From NCBI GenBank assembly GCA_040437565.1, contig JBDOQK010000078.1:1-64000 (forward strand): 64,000 bases of DNA. Reading direction: 5' to 3'. A program made the translations under genes and the position numbers. Positions 1 to 11,200 of the stretch are shown piece by piece; positions within the stretch are counted from its first letter, which is position 1; every line of letters begins with the position of its first letter. The DNA is from Albugo candida. Lineage: Eukaryota. The notes beneath the pieces were generated by a model. That model saw only the letters and a program-made list of their open reading frames with translations, did no database searches and was not told the DNA's origin.

Positions 1-736
1 AACTTTACAGCATTTACAAGCTGGACACAGTCTCGTATTAAGGGTGCTGAGGCTACTACGATACGAGATTATCAACGAGAAGACATTTTATCATCTCTCA
101 CAGGTATTTCACGAAACGTTTTTTATATGTATATATGTTATTTAAGATAGCCTAGGCAACTAGAGAAGTCAGTTTAGTCTAATTCTAGTAATATAGACAC
201 CTTCAACTGAGCATCAACCAGTTCATTTTTGGAACGGAATCATATTAAATCGTTCGCGTATACGTTAAAGACCCAGATTTCAATCAAACTGAAGGAAACT
301 GCTCAATTTATCAGGATGTGGCATCCAGCTTCGATTCCAAGAATGACTGGATCCGACATNNNNNNNNNNNNNNNNNNNNNNNNNNNNNNNNNNNNNNNNN
401 NNNNNNNNNNNNNNNNNNNNNNNNNNNNNNNNNNNNNNNNNNNNNNNNNNNNNNNNNNNGGAAACTGCTCAATTTATCAGGATGTGGCATCCAGCTTCGA
501 TTCCAAGAATGACTGGATCCGACATTATGTGTTATTGTAGAACGAAAAGCGGTGACGATTAAGCTCTACATGCTGCAATGTAGCAGTCTAAGTGACTGAA
601 TTTCTGAGGAATGAAAGTGATCAAATGTACTCGAAGATAATGCATGAGACGGTTCCTTTAGTGTCATATTAACCAACCAATTGCTTCGTAATGCTCTCTG
701 TATAGAAAATCTACAACTGGATCCTGGATTGGTAAT

Positions 737-1322
737 GTGATTGCTCTGGACGGGCTTGGTGGAAAGGCGATTCTAACAACTCATTTTCAAGAGTCAACGA
801 GCATGACATATTTCTCAATTAGTAAATTTGCAGGTGATCTCTCGGTCGGACGAATACTTCCGATAGCAGCAAAATGTTTTTTGGAGTACAAAGATGATAT
901 CGAGTATATGACAAGTGATGTCATTTCTGCGGCCTGTCAAGAGCAAGATCGCATCTGAGAATATCACCTTGGATTGCCGCATGCGTTTTTATTGCCGCGA
1001 GTTTTAATCTGGATTCCTCACCTTCTGCTTGAAAAGCAACGCTCTTTTGAAACAAATCATAATCCCTCAATCACGCCTCAGTAATGCCCGCAATCAATAT
1101 ACCGCAATGTATTCTGAATACGAAGATTCGTCGTGTTCGATCGACGGTGAAATGAGAAAAGCGAGTTTATACACAACATATTGGTCTCTTAAAGTGGAGT
1201 GAGTGCTAAAAGATGTCAAGGATCAGATCAGAAACTATGATGATTTATTTACTTTCGACACAGAACATATGTACACCACTACATCTCGAAGTTGGAGTCA
1301 TATTGCTTTACGCATCCACTAA
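737..1322 (+). pseudogene. Pepsin-like (A1 aspartic protease fold) relic, copy 1
   Basis: Fragments follow A1 order: VIALDGLGGKAIL (N-lobe motif position, from 737), then EYHLGLP (~960, like DGILGL). From 1107: EYEDSSCSIDGEMRKASLYTTYWSLKVE*V...LFTFDTEHMYT, resembling GGxDxSxYxG...YWxIxLD...AIFDTGTSY. In-frame stops and frameshifts are present; 5' end not located. Confidence 0.55.
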
Positions 1323-2173
1323 TCGTTTTAAGTGAGCTATCCGGGTCACGATAAGCGGAAAGTACTGTTAGAAAATAACATTTTTAACTAAAAGCTTTTT
1401 TTGGTTCGTTTAATGGTACAACGGGAATGCAAGTTCGTCTGTAATCGTCGTCATAGACTGATGCCTGCAGGTAAAAAACAAAAGAATTCCTAAAAGCATA
1501 TATTAAATTGTTCAATTAGCTAGGCGACTTTGAAATCGAAATGTGTCCACTTCGATGTCCATGCTACCATCAGACACCATTTAACTGATCATATACTTTG
1601 TGCTCCAATTGTAGCGTATACACCCATTAAAGACCACTGCAACTGGAGCGCCCTATATCCCGACCTTGCTGTTTACTCTAGTATGCCTTTAATGGTGTAA
1701 TGCAATGGAATTTTTATCTCACACTTTACCCCACTAGACTCGGTAGAAAGAAGCATCCTTTCATTGTTCATGACCCGAGCGTATGCGACGGCTGCCATTC
1801 CCCTGCGAGGTAAGAAGTACCTAAACTAACAGCAACCTAAACAGATTGGTGCTGTCCATGTCCATGTAGCATGAGATTTAAATAACGTGTTGGTGAGGCT
1901 CTATATTTACATCCTGAAGTTTGGCTATATGCATTGCGCGTTACCTTCATATTATCTTGTGGTCTAACGAACTATATCATTCTGGTACCAGCGTTTGTTC
2001 TACTGGACTCAAAATACGGCAGCGCCGTCCCGTAATGGTGAAGGATCAGAAAAGGTGGAACGCATTCTTTTCCACTGTACAAGATACAGCTTGCTTGACA
2101 CCGGAGAGTTCTTTTACCTTTACGTTATGCAAGCTACATCGGGTACTTCCTAAAGTCTTCAACGTTTAGTGCA

Positions 2174-2425
2174 ATGGCATCCCTTCTAGACATCGAGTGT
2201 TCTGTTATTGCATTCGGATGATGATGCACCGAATGTATATTGTCATACAACAACTTGCATGATGTCCTTGACGCGCAAACACGGCGCATCAGTTACAAGA
2301 CATTTGCAACAATCTTCCGAACGGAATACCCCGGGTTCAACGATGCCTCTAACCGTGCATATTACCGTGTATTGTTCCCGACTGTGCATCATGTTTTTTG
2401 TCAGCGTCTTTATCACATAACCTGA
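2174..2425 (+). pseudogene. Possible decayed secreted CxxC (CCG-like) protein fragment
   Basis: Frame from ATG 2174 reads MASLLDIECSVIAFG**CTECILSYNNLHDV..., with CxxC at 2225-2236. No downstream Gly and no clear signal peptide. Confidence 0.2.
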
Positions 2426-3578
2426 TAGCTTTGAGCTGACAGCTTCCTGAGTGGGGCCTGATAAAAAGTCATTGGAATGGACAAAAGTTTGCTGGATGCA
2501 TTATCGATCATTACGACCAGTAGGAGGGTTGTAAGTGGGATAGATGTCGTCATCGGTCTGACCATTGTAAACTGATGCATCTACCTTGTCATTTGTATTC
2601 CAGTCGCTGAGAGTGGCGCTAACCGAACTTAATGAATGGCGTAATCGTGCAATTTAGTATTATTGTGAAACCTTTCGATCTGAATTACCGCACACTGACG
2701 ACATACGTTTCGCCTCCGAATTATGACTCTGAACTTTTCATTTCGCATTTTTACTAGGAAGCTGCGCTGTGATCACGAAATGAAAAAAAGACGTGACTAG
2801 TGGTAGCCTTCACGTTCGAAAATGTTTATGGTATTCTATACGTATCATTGTGAGAAAGAAGTTTAGGTGTGCTACTAGAGACAAAACGAGAGGATGTAGA
2901 TCTGATCAATGCTAAGCGTCGTATAGGAAAAAAGATCAGCATCTTTTTGACTTTGCCATTGTCAAAATATGATTGATTTGTACGCGCTATTTGGATGGGT
3001 TTCTTAACGACTTGGGTTGGAGAGTAGGAAGCTTCATGCAGCTGGTTTGCATAGAAGCGTTGCACTTTTTGAGTTTTTTTAGGCATTCATGGCGCATTTA
3101 CCCGCTGTATGAAAATGAGAAGCAAGAGACGTGGCAACAACCGCTGTTAGATATCCGACAGCGAAGGAATTGATCATGTCAGCAAGCAATACCACCCATA
3201 AATCAATTGTTGACCGCATTCTGTTGGCAGGTGAGCGAAGATGCGGTGGTCCAGGAAAATTACCAAAACTGAGGTTTTATTTTTAGAAAATTAAAATCCT
3301 AACCAATCGTTTAAACTAAGTTTCAAGTGCGACTAGAAACCTAAAACACATTGTTAAGTTCTTTCAACAGTAAATCCCTCCATAATGGTGACGTGTGATC
3401 GCACTCTAGAAAGAGATGTTTGTTGGATTCCACTGCGCCACACGAAGGTTGCGTGCACAATATAATGTCGGGCTGGATTTATTTTAAACCCGAAACGAGG
3501 TCGTACTGGTAACATCGGAAAGGCCCGACGAAACTGTAAATCTTCGAAAATCGGTAAGACACGTTTCCCAAGATGCCA

Positions 3579-6511
3579 TCATGGGGCCATAAATATTCCA
3601 ACTCGTTCTGAATCCATTGCGTCCGATCTTTTCGTGATGACCAATGTGTTAACATCAGATGAATCTTGGTTGCTTCGGGAGGTTTCCAGACGATGTGAAA
3701 TAGATGGAGAAAAATGCTTCCTCTCCTTTCTTTGTGTTACTAGAGAAAACGGTCTGCTACTTGTGTTTGATTGGATCCAAGTGATGAGATCAATCGCCGA
3801 GTGGATACGCTGTAGTATCTGAGTGACTACATTGTAAAGTTGACATAATAACTCTTCTTCAGCCATATCCGATGTATTTATCTCTTCGTCGTTGTAATAT
3901 ATGTCGACGAAATCTTCCGTCGTTGGCCATGTGTCGCTTTCTCGAAAGAAGTCTTGCAGACCTCTAGTGTCGAAAAGTGTAGCAAAGGTTTTTATAAATG
4001 TGCGACGTGGTTCGTCTACCATGCCAAGATTGTACCAAACGCTTTGCGTACTCGGATTACGAGTAGCAGATTCGTAATTTCTGGTCGCGCTGGAACCACA
4101 TCGGTTATTCCATGTAGTACCGACGGCGTTGCAGATTCGTAATTTCTGGTCGCGTTGGAACCACATTGGTTATTCCATGTAGTACCGACGACGTTGCAGA
4201 TATTTCAGATCTGCAATCATAATGCTCCAATCCGTCTGATGTTACATTTCAGATGCGTGTTTCCAACATGAGGACGTTCCTTTCCATTGTACTATTTTTC
4301 CATGTCTATGTGGTGCGAAAGTGAATATGTCCAAAGGCTTTTGTGCTCCAAAGAAAGGCTGGATAAGTCGTAATGGTTCCTTCGAAGCAATTGTATCATT
4401 CGCGGAATATTTGTCGACGAATCGGAGGCGAACTGCTGGAGGAATTGAATACGCTGTACCTTCAGTCGTCCCACCAAACAGGAGCTTGTAGTTTACAATC
4501 TTGGCGGCAAAGATAAATAAATACTTTTTGCTGAAAAGTTGAATGTGTTTTGAATCTGTTTTGTGTTTCCGACCAAGCACAAATCGATTTAGCATCGATT
4601 GCCGCTATCGAATAGTCTCTCCTGGTATGTCCAGGTGCATCGTGCAATACCACAGATGTAATAAAATCATCGAATTCGCAAGCAGTAGTCAATTCGTGCT
4701 CGTGAGATAGACGTAGCCCATCATTGAAACGCTTATCGATAGTTGAAATAACCATTGAATGAGCCAGTTCTGGCCGAACGGAATACCCAAATCCTACCAA
4801 AATTCCGGACCCATTGTGGTCAAATTGGGAATATGGGGTACGGCATGTTCCGATTCATCGAGAGCAAGGCTGATTTGCTCAAGTTGCGTTTAACACCAGA
4901 TACATCTCAGTAGACTTAGTTGCGTCAAATTATCGTTTCGTGTCTCTGAATGCAACGTCGAATCTTCCACAAAAAGAATCCACTAGCGACTGTCGTGCCA
5001 TTACTACAAATGCCATTTTTCTCATGTTGACGAAGTAGATTTAATAAGAGGTCGGTAATGCTGAAAGAGGATCGCTTTGTCATGTCACATTGTGTTTTAA
5101 TGAAGGGTGCGATGAAACGGGCCTTCGTGTTGGTACAAAAGACGAATGCAATCGATAGACTTTTTCAACGCTAATTTTTTCCAAAACGTGAAACCTGTAA
5201 GTCCAATTGACGCCATCATAAGTTTTATCTATTTCGAGAATAGTCTCATATGCTTCCTCCCCACGATGAGGAGCCAAGTCTTGTATGTCGTTGAGATGTC
5301 GAATGTGGTGATGCATCGACCGTCCCCGCACAAATGCATCTCGATCTAGATTGCTCAATCTGGCAAAACCCCCTGCAACTGATACATCGATACCTTTCCA
5401 AGACTTTTCTATCGACGAAAAGTGGGGCGATCGGTCGAATACGATATTCGACCACGATCTTCAGACACTCGACAAATGTTTCCGAAGCAATCTAATAACA
5501 TGCAGCTGGTGGTCCATTGATACCTGGAGTAGAACTACTCCGCATATGCTTGATCGCTTTCGCCGTCTCGGTCGTACTTCAGCGAGTTGAGAGACGGTCT
5601 TGCTCTTCTGACGCAAGAGAAAGTTGACTCGAATCCATTAGCATTTTTTGATTTCTTTCGCATGGATTAGCTGAGTCGGTGTCGAAGATATTGAGAGAGT
5701 CCATGACAACACCGCAAGGATCTCCAAATTCGTCAATAATTTCCTCGGAATTCGATGTCACGGTACCACATATTTTGGTTGCATTTTCGATCGCAAACGA
5801 CGACACGAACTATCCGTGGGGCGAGAAAATGCCTGTAGGATTTACCCATATGCTTCACGCGATGATCGAAGCTCTCATCTTGGTTGTATTTGGCATCTTT
5901 TTCGACCGAAAAGCTGAATTGTTCGAGACTCGATCTGTGAAAATGCCGTGACTGATCGGTGTCTTGCGATATCGAGATCTTGCGACTTACAAAACACGCT
6001 GGATAGACTCAACATCACGTCGAACAATTTGTATAATGTTTTTCTCGATTCTGGAATCTGTTTCTTGATTTCGTCTTCCAACTTTCCGACATTATCCGCC
6101 ATTTGAACGTGTCCACAATATTCCAAGCACCAAATTGACTTCCAATTTGATTGCTTCGACAACTTGAGGATATTCATATAGTAGTAATAAAAATTTCCAA
6201 TATCCTCACCACGGAGATTGGGTCGGATTTGCAAAAGTTACTTTCTGTGCCAGATGATCTCCCGCATGTCGTGGACGGAAATATTTAGAGATCTTGTATA
6301 TGATATTGAATAGCCCTTCCGACATGCATAGGTAATCTAGTCGATTCTCGCGCGGTAGTGGTCCTGTAAATACTTTTTCAGTAGGATGTTGGATTAGCCG
6401 AGCGTCTACCACATACACCTGCGAAAGCCACTAGAAACATGCTGATCGACTTGATTCGTGTCGAATTGTTATTGTTCCACCAGAAGTATCCATAGCTGGA
6501 TCGAGTAGTAT
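3579..6511 (-). pseudogene. Long decayed gene (~3 kb of collinear minus-strand ORF pieces), possibly a CCG-type effector, cut at its 5' end by a TE insertion
   Basis: Successive minus-strand ORFs at 6206-6418, 5875-6234, 5579-5806, 5080-5358, 4462-4800, 4242-4595 and 3579-4166. The 5'-most frame reads ILLDPAMDTSGGTITIRHESSRSACF*WLSQVYV; CF*WL at 6439-6425 resembles a broken CxxCL. Confidence 0.4.
4066..4201. repeat. Tandem duplication, 2 x 65 bp plus a few bases
   Basis: GCAGATTCGTAATTTCTGGTCGCG...GTACCGACGGCGTT starts at 4066 and 4131 (about 3 mismatches); a third GCAGAT starts at 4196. No N gap is involved. Confidence 0.9.
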
Positions 6512-6515
6512 TGTA

Positions 6516-8275
6516 CAGTACCCTCCGGAAAAGGTTGTCCGCCCCCAAAGTCTTACCGCTTTATGAATCAAACACTTTGACTTCCGAAGCATGTTACACA
6601 CACCTGATGAGTGATCTTCCCATAAAATCTGGTACAAAACTCTTACAGTATATAACGCTGCAATCCTTCAGAATTTTTTTTCCGAATGATGATTTTATGA
6701 TGACAATAACTTAAATAGAGAAAATACATGCTACCAACGAGTAGAACCCCCTTTTGCTTCAATTACTGATTTGATCCTCTCTGGCATGAGTCAAAAAGAT
6801 GCTGTAGCCACTCTGGATCAATAGCAGACCACGTCTGTTTAATTGGAGCCATCGTTCTTCGCTGTTTTTGGCTTTGGGGAGCTTTTGAATGCCTGCTTTC
6901 ATCTTTGCCCATACATTCTTAATGGGATTGAGATCAGGAGAGTTTGCAGGCCATTCTAGCTTTCCAACGCTGCACTCGTCACTCCATTTTTCGGGCGCTT
7001 TGCGCGATGGATAGACGCACCATCTTTCATGAGTATGACACTTCCAGCATTGACAAGGCCTTCTCAGAAGCCAGTCAACTCACCATCGTACACTTGTGCG
7101 ACAAAGTTAGCTGCTGTTCGACGATATGGTGCCATACGCACAAGCTGGCTTTTCTTGCTATCCTGAAAGGCACCCCAGACCATTACTAAAGAACGCCTTG
7201 ACTTGTAAGAAGGTACCAGATATTCTGATTGTTACCTCCCATTGGTAGATCTCCGGACCAGAGGTCGGCGAAAATTCTTCATAATTTTAAAGCTGGCCTC
7301 ATCAGTCCAGCAAATTGATTTCCAGAACTCCAAGGTGGAATTCTGGTATCTTTTTGCGAAGTCCAGCCTCTTAGCAGTGTGTGGCTTGTTTAAAATAGGG
7401 CTTTTTTACCCTTAGACGAGCAAAGAGACCAGCGGCATGTAAAGTCTCTCTCACTGCAGTCTAAACAGCTTTTATTAGTCATGTTCATGGTAATTTCGGC
7501 CGGAGTTGAACGTCTTGCACCCTTGGTGCTGCGTACAACAGTTTTTACATCCTTCCTGGGGTTTTTTTGGCCTTCCAGGGCTTTTCTTTGGCATAACTGT
7601 GTTTTCTTTATTCCACCCCTCCATGATGCGTCGCACCTGTCGCTCATGTGTGTTGAACTTGCAGGCAATTTCTCAAACTTTGGTACTAGCCTACTCCATT
7701 CCAACAATGCGCAAACGTTCCTCGGCTGTCAAAGTTTGTTNNNNNNNNNNNNNNNNNNNNNNNNNNNNNNNNNNNNNNNNNNNNNNNNNNNNNNNNNNNN
7801 NNNNNNNNNNNNNNNNNNNNNNNNNNNNNNNNNNNNNNNNAGCGGCATGTAAAGTCTCTCTCACTGCAGTCTAAACAGCTTTTATTAGTCATGTTCATGG
7901 TAATTTCGGCCGGAGTTGAACGTCTTGCACCCTTGGTGCTGCGTACAACAGTTTTTACATCCTTCCTGGGGTTTTTTTGGCCTTCCAGGGCTTTTCTTTG
8001 GCATAACTGTGTTTTCTTTATTCCACCCCTCCATGATGCGTCGCACCTGTCGCTCATGTGTGTTGAACTTGCAGGCAATTTCTCAAACTTTGGTACTAGC
8101 CTACTCCATTCCAACAATGCGCAAACGTTCCTCGGCTGTCAAAGTTTGTTTTTGTGCAGTTTCAGCCATATTTTATAACTTTTGGGGCCGCGGCAGTGTT
8201 TTGTTCAAGCGCAAGCTTGCGGCTGTGATCGAAAAATTAAAAAAAAAGCGGACAATCTTTTCCGGAGGGTACCTG
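6516..8275 (-). mobile_element. Tc1/mariner DNA transposon (Tc1-like, DD34E), defective
   Basis: TIRs CAGTACCCTCCGGAAAAGGTTGTCCGC (6516-6542) and GCGGACAATCTTTTCCGGAGGGTACCTG (8248-8275), with TA on both flanks. Transposase relic from ATG 8169: KRLDFAKRY...WKSICWTDEASF, VMVWGAF, LMKDGASIH, WPANSPDLNPIKNVW. D-to-E spacing is 101 nt, i.e. 34 codons minus 1 nt, and the catalytic E is mutated to K. About 1.35 kb after removing the 410-nt gap artefact. Confidence 0.93.
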
Positions 8276-11200
8276 TACTGTCCGAGCGGGTAAAAACGAG
8301 AGTGAGGTCATTTAAGTGCTTAGTTTACAGCAATGTGCTAATTGAAGCCTACTGAATCCTTTACTTGATTCTTTGCCTGATTTTCAAGATGACGTGATCG
8401 CTTGCGTAAACATATACCGTCTTTTGCATGCCGTCGTGCCCTACATCCTCCCCGAGCAATTTTGCGACGGCGAACCTTGGAGTCTTGTACCAGGTCCCGC
8501 CAATGCGCCACATGCCGTTCTCTTCCTTTCCCCAGGTACACTCGTGCTCTGTAAGTCCATGCCACTTAACGAGCCACTCCGGCTGTTTGTTGAGGATACG
8601 TTAATTGACCATCGCTTCTACAATGTACAACTCGCTACCGATTTGCCCCCTCGAGGATTACCAGCACTGCTTTCGGGACCGGGGACTACTGAATCTAACC
8701 GAATTCGAGACGAAGTGACTTTACAATTCATGTTAGAAATGGGATTCAACTTGCCGAGGTTTTATGGTGGCGCAAGTTTAGCCACTCTTTGCTGATCATC
8801 TCTTTCATCTTGAATAGTTCGATTTTCTTCGCCAACAGCTTCGTCTTTGTCGTCTCGTGTCCCATTTTGTGGTTACGTGGATCCAGATGTCTGGCATCGA
8901 GCATGACCCTGTATCCAGCCTTATATATCATATTGTTGCGCTTCCTGTCGTGGTAGTTTTTTTGGTTTTCTTGAGCCATGGCGAAGTTGGTCTGCGCGAG
9001 TTGAATAAGTTTTTGCCTCTTGTCTGACAATTGCCTTGCGTACTCGGCTATAGAGAGCTTCTTTCCGGCGCCACTAAAAGTTGACATGTCGCCCCGTATT
9101 CATCTCAAAAGGGTGATAGCTGTGCTGACTTGCTCACCAGGGTTGGATGAGAAAGTTCGTTAGTCCCGAGATGAGTTGAACAATTGTCGCCATGGTACGA
9201 CACCATCCGGAGTAGCGCATCTTCCAAAAAAATTCGCACACTCTGACCGTAGCCTGCGCGAGGTGTGCTGTCGTCTTTTGAAAGTTTGATACCCATAATG
9301 GTCATTAGCGACTGGCAAGAGTTTGAACTGGACTTTGGATCTAGATCACTAATGATGACCTTCGGTTATTCTTGTCGACGCACGACGATGTCAAAAAGAA
9401 GTTTTGCGACTTTTGGCACATCTGTGTTCGTGTATGTAGCAGCATATCGGTAGCGCTTCGACAGCTTATCGACCTCTGTCATGATAACATTCAATCTTCT
9501 TGATACCGATAGACCCGTGACAAAGCCATCGAAACTACTTCCCTATCTTCTTCAAGAACTAGAATTGGAATAAGTTTCCCTTTTTCTTGAGCGTGTTTGT
9601 CTTCCATCACGCGCATGCGCCGCAGCTTTGTACGTACTCTCAAACGTCTTTTTCCAATTTGTCTACTGGTACCATACCGCCAACATGAGTTGTACAACAG
9701 GATGGACTTCAGTATTTTTATCGTGATGTTCACGGAAAATGGCGTGATAACTCTATCGTCTACCGGAACGCATAGCCTCTCGTCTTGACATAAGATAATC
9801 CATTCCGCAGCACGTACTTGTCGTGATTCGACTTCAAGGCCTCCTTGAATTCGCGGTCTTTGGTGTAGCCGCTCATAAAAGCATTCTTTGTGATGGGCAA
9901 GAGATGGATGCTTGAAATTTGAAAATCGTTGTGCTGGACTTGATCGTGAATTTGTCCCTGTTGCAGTTGAGGTAAACCCACCTGGTGCACTTTATCCACC
10001 CCGGAAATCCCCGCAAATCTAGTATAAGGTCCTTATCGGGTCGTGGGAGCAAGAGTAGAAGCGCCATGTGCAGACCATGACGTCGAAGATTGACTTCCCG
10101 GCGAACGCACTCTGGTTCGCACTCATGAACTTGTTTTACTTGCCTGTGCTCCTTCCCGGTGGTTGGACTGAAGACGCTTGGGCGTGGAAGCGGGTAGGCG
10201 ACAAAGATGGAAGTCCTTTTGACGTGATGCCGATTAATAAAAACTGCGAGAAAATGTCAGCATACGCTCCATTTTGTCTTGATGTTTAAATGATGAAGCA
10301 TACAACGGCACGCATTGTTTTCTGTAGATATCAAAAGATCGGCCATGGAGATATTAGCCCCTTTTTGCAGAGCCGTCTTGATCTCAAGTTATTTTGGCTC
10401 GTGTGCTTGGGATCCTTTTTCGGAACTTCCAAAATTTTTGGAGAAGATAGGACGCCGCTCATGCATAATCCTGACGCGTCCGTTGTGACGATAAAGGTGT
10501 TAGCAAAGTCCGGCAGCTGAAGAACGGGTGCTTGTTGTAGCGCGACTTCTAAACGTCGAAATGCTTCGTCCTGATCATTCCAGATTCCGTGAGACGTCCT
10601 TATTTACAAGTTCGCTTATGAGAAGTGCTATCTTGGCAAAGTCGCATATAGAGCCCCGTTAGTACCCGGCCAGACCTAGAAAGCTCAATAATTTCTCTCG
10701 CATGGTTGGTGGGCCAGTTTTTTCAATTCTCGCTGTCTTACGCATGTCGACGCTTAAGCCATTCCTAAAATCTGTGTGACAGTGAAACTCGACACTGTCC
10801 TTCCGAAGGTGCATTTGCTTTGGTGAGCGTACAGCTTTTTATAGAGAAGCCCTATAAACAACTCGGACAAATGTGTTCTGTCTTCTTCGTTCGTCTTTGA
10901 GAAAATAAAGATGTCATCAAGGTAGACAACGACAAAATCAAACTTGTCAAACAACACGCGCATAAGGTGTGACTACACACCCGGCATTCCCGCCATTCAC
11001 ATTGGTGCTATGCACCACTGGTATGTCTTCTTGTGCGTTCGAAATGCACTATACATGCGACTAGAACTGATCACGAGCATCCGTCGGTAGCTTTGTGCCA
11101 AGTCAATCAATTTGAACACTGCGCACCCTGCCATCATATCAAAGAGCTCCTCTATGAGAGGAAACGGAATTTTTAAAATTTTGTTCTGTCTATTCACATA

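Noticed and set aside
4490-4525. LFIFAAK as a Crinkler LFLAK motif
   Set aside because: It lies deep in the relic rather than near an N-terminus, and no DWL/HVLV motif follows.
6589-6730. Signal-like MYFLYL/VIVII plus CVTC as a CCG start
   Set aside because: It lies inside the Tc1 element (TIR starts at 6516), so it is not part of the host gene.
8278-8311. ATG ACC TCA CTC.. (MTSLSFL) as the displaced start of the 3.6-6.5 kb pseudogene
   Set aside because: The sequence aligns with the Gypsy LTR start and is out of frame with the downstream part.
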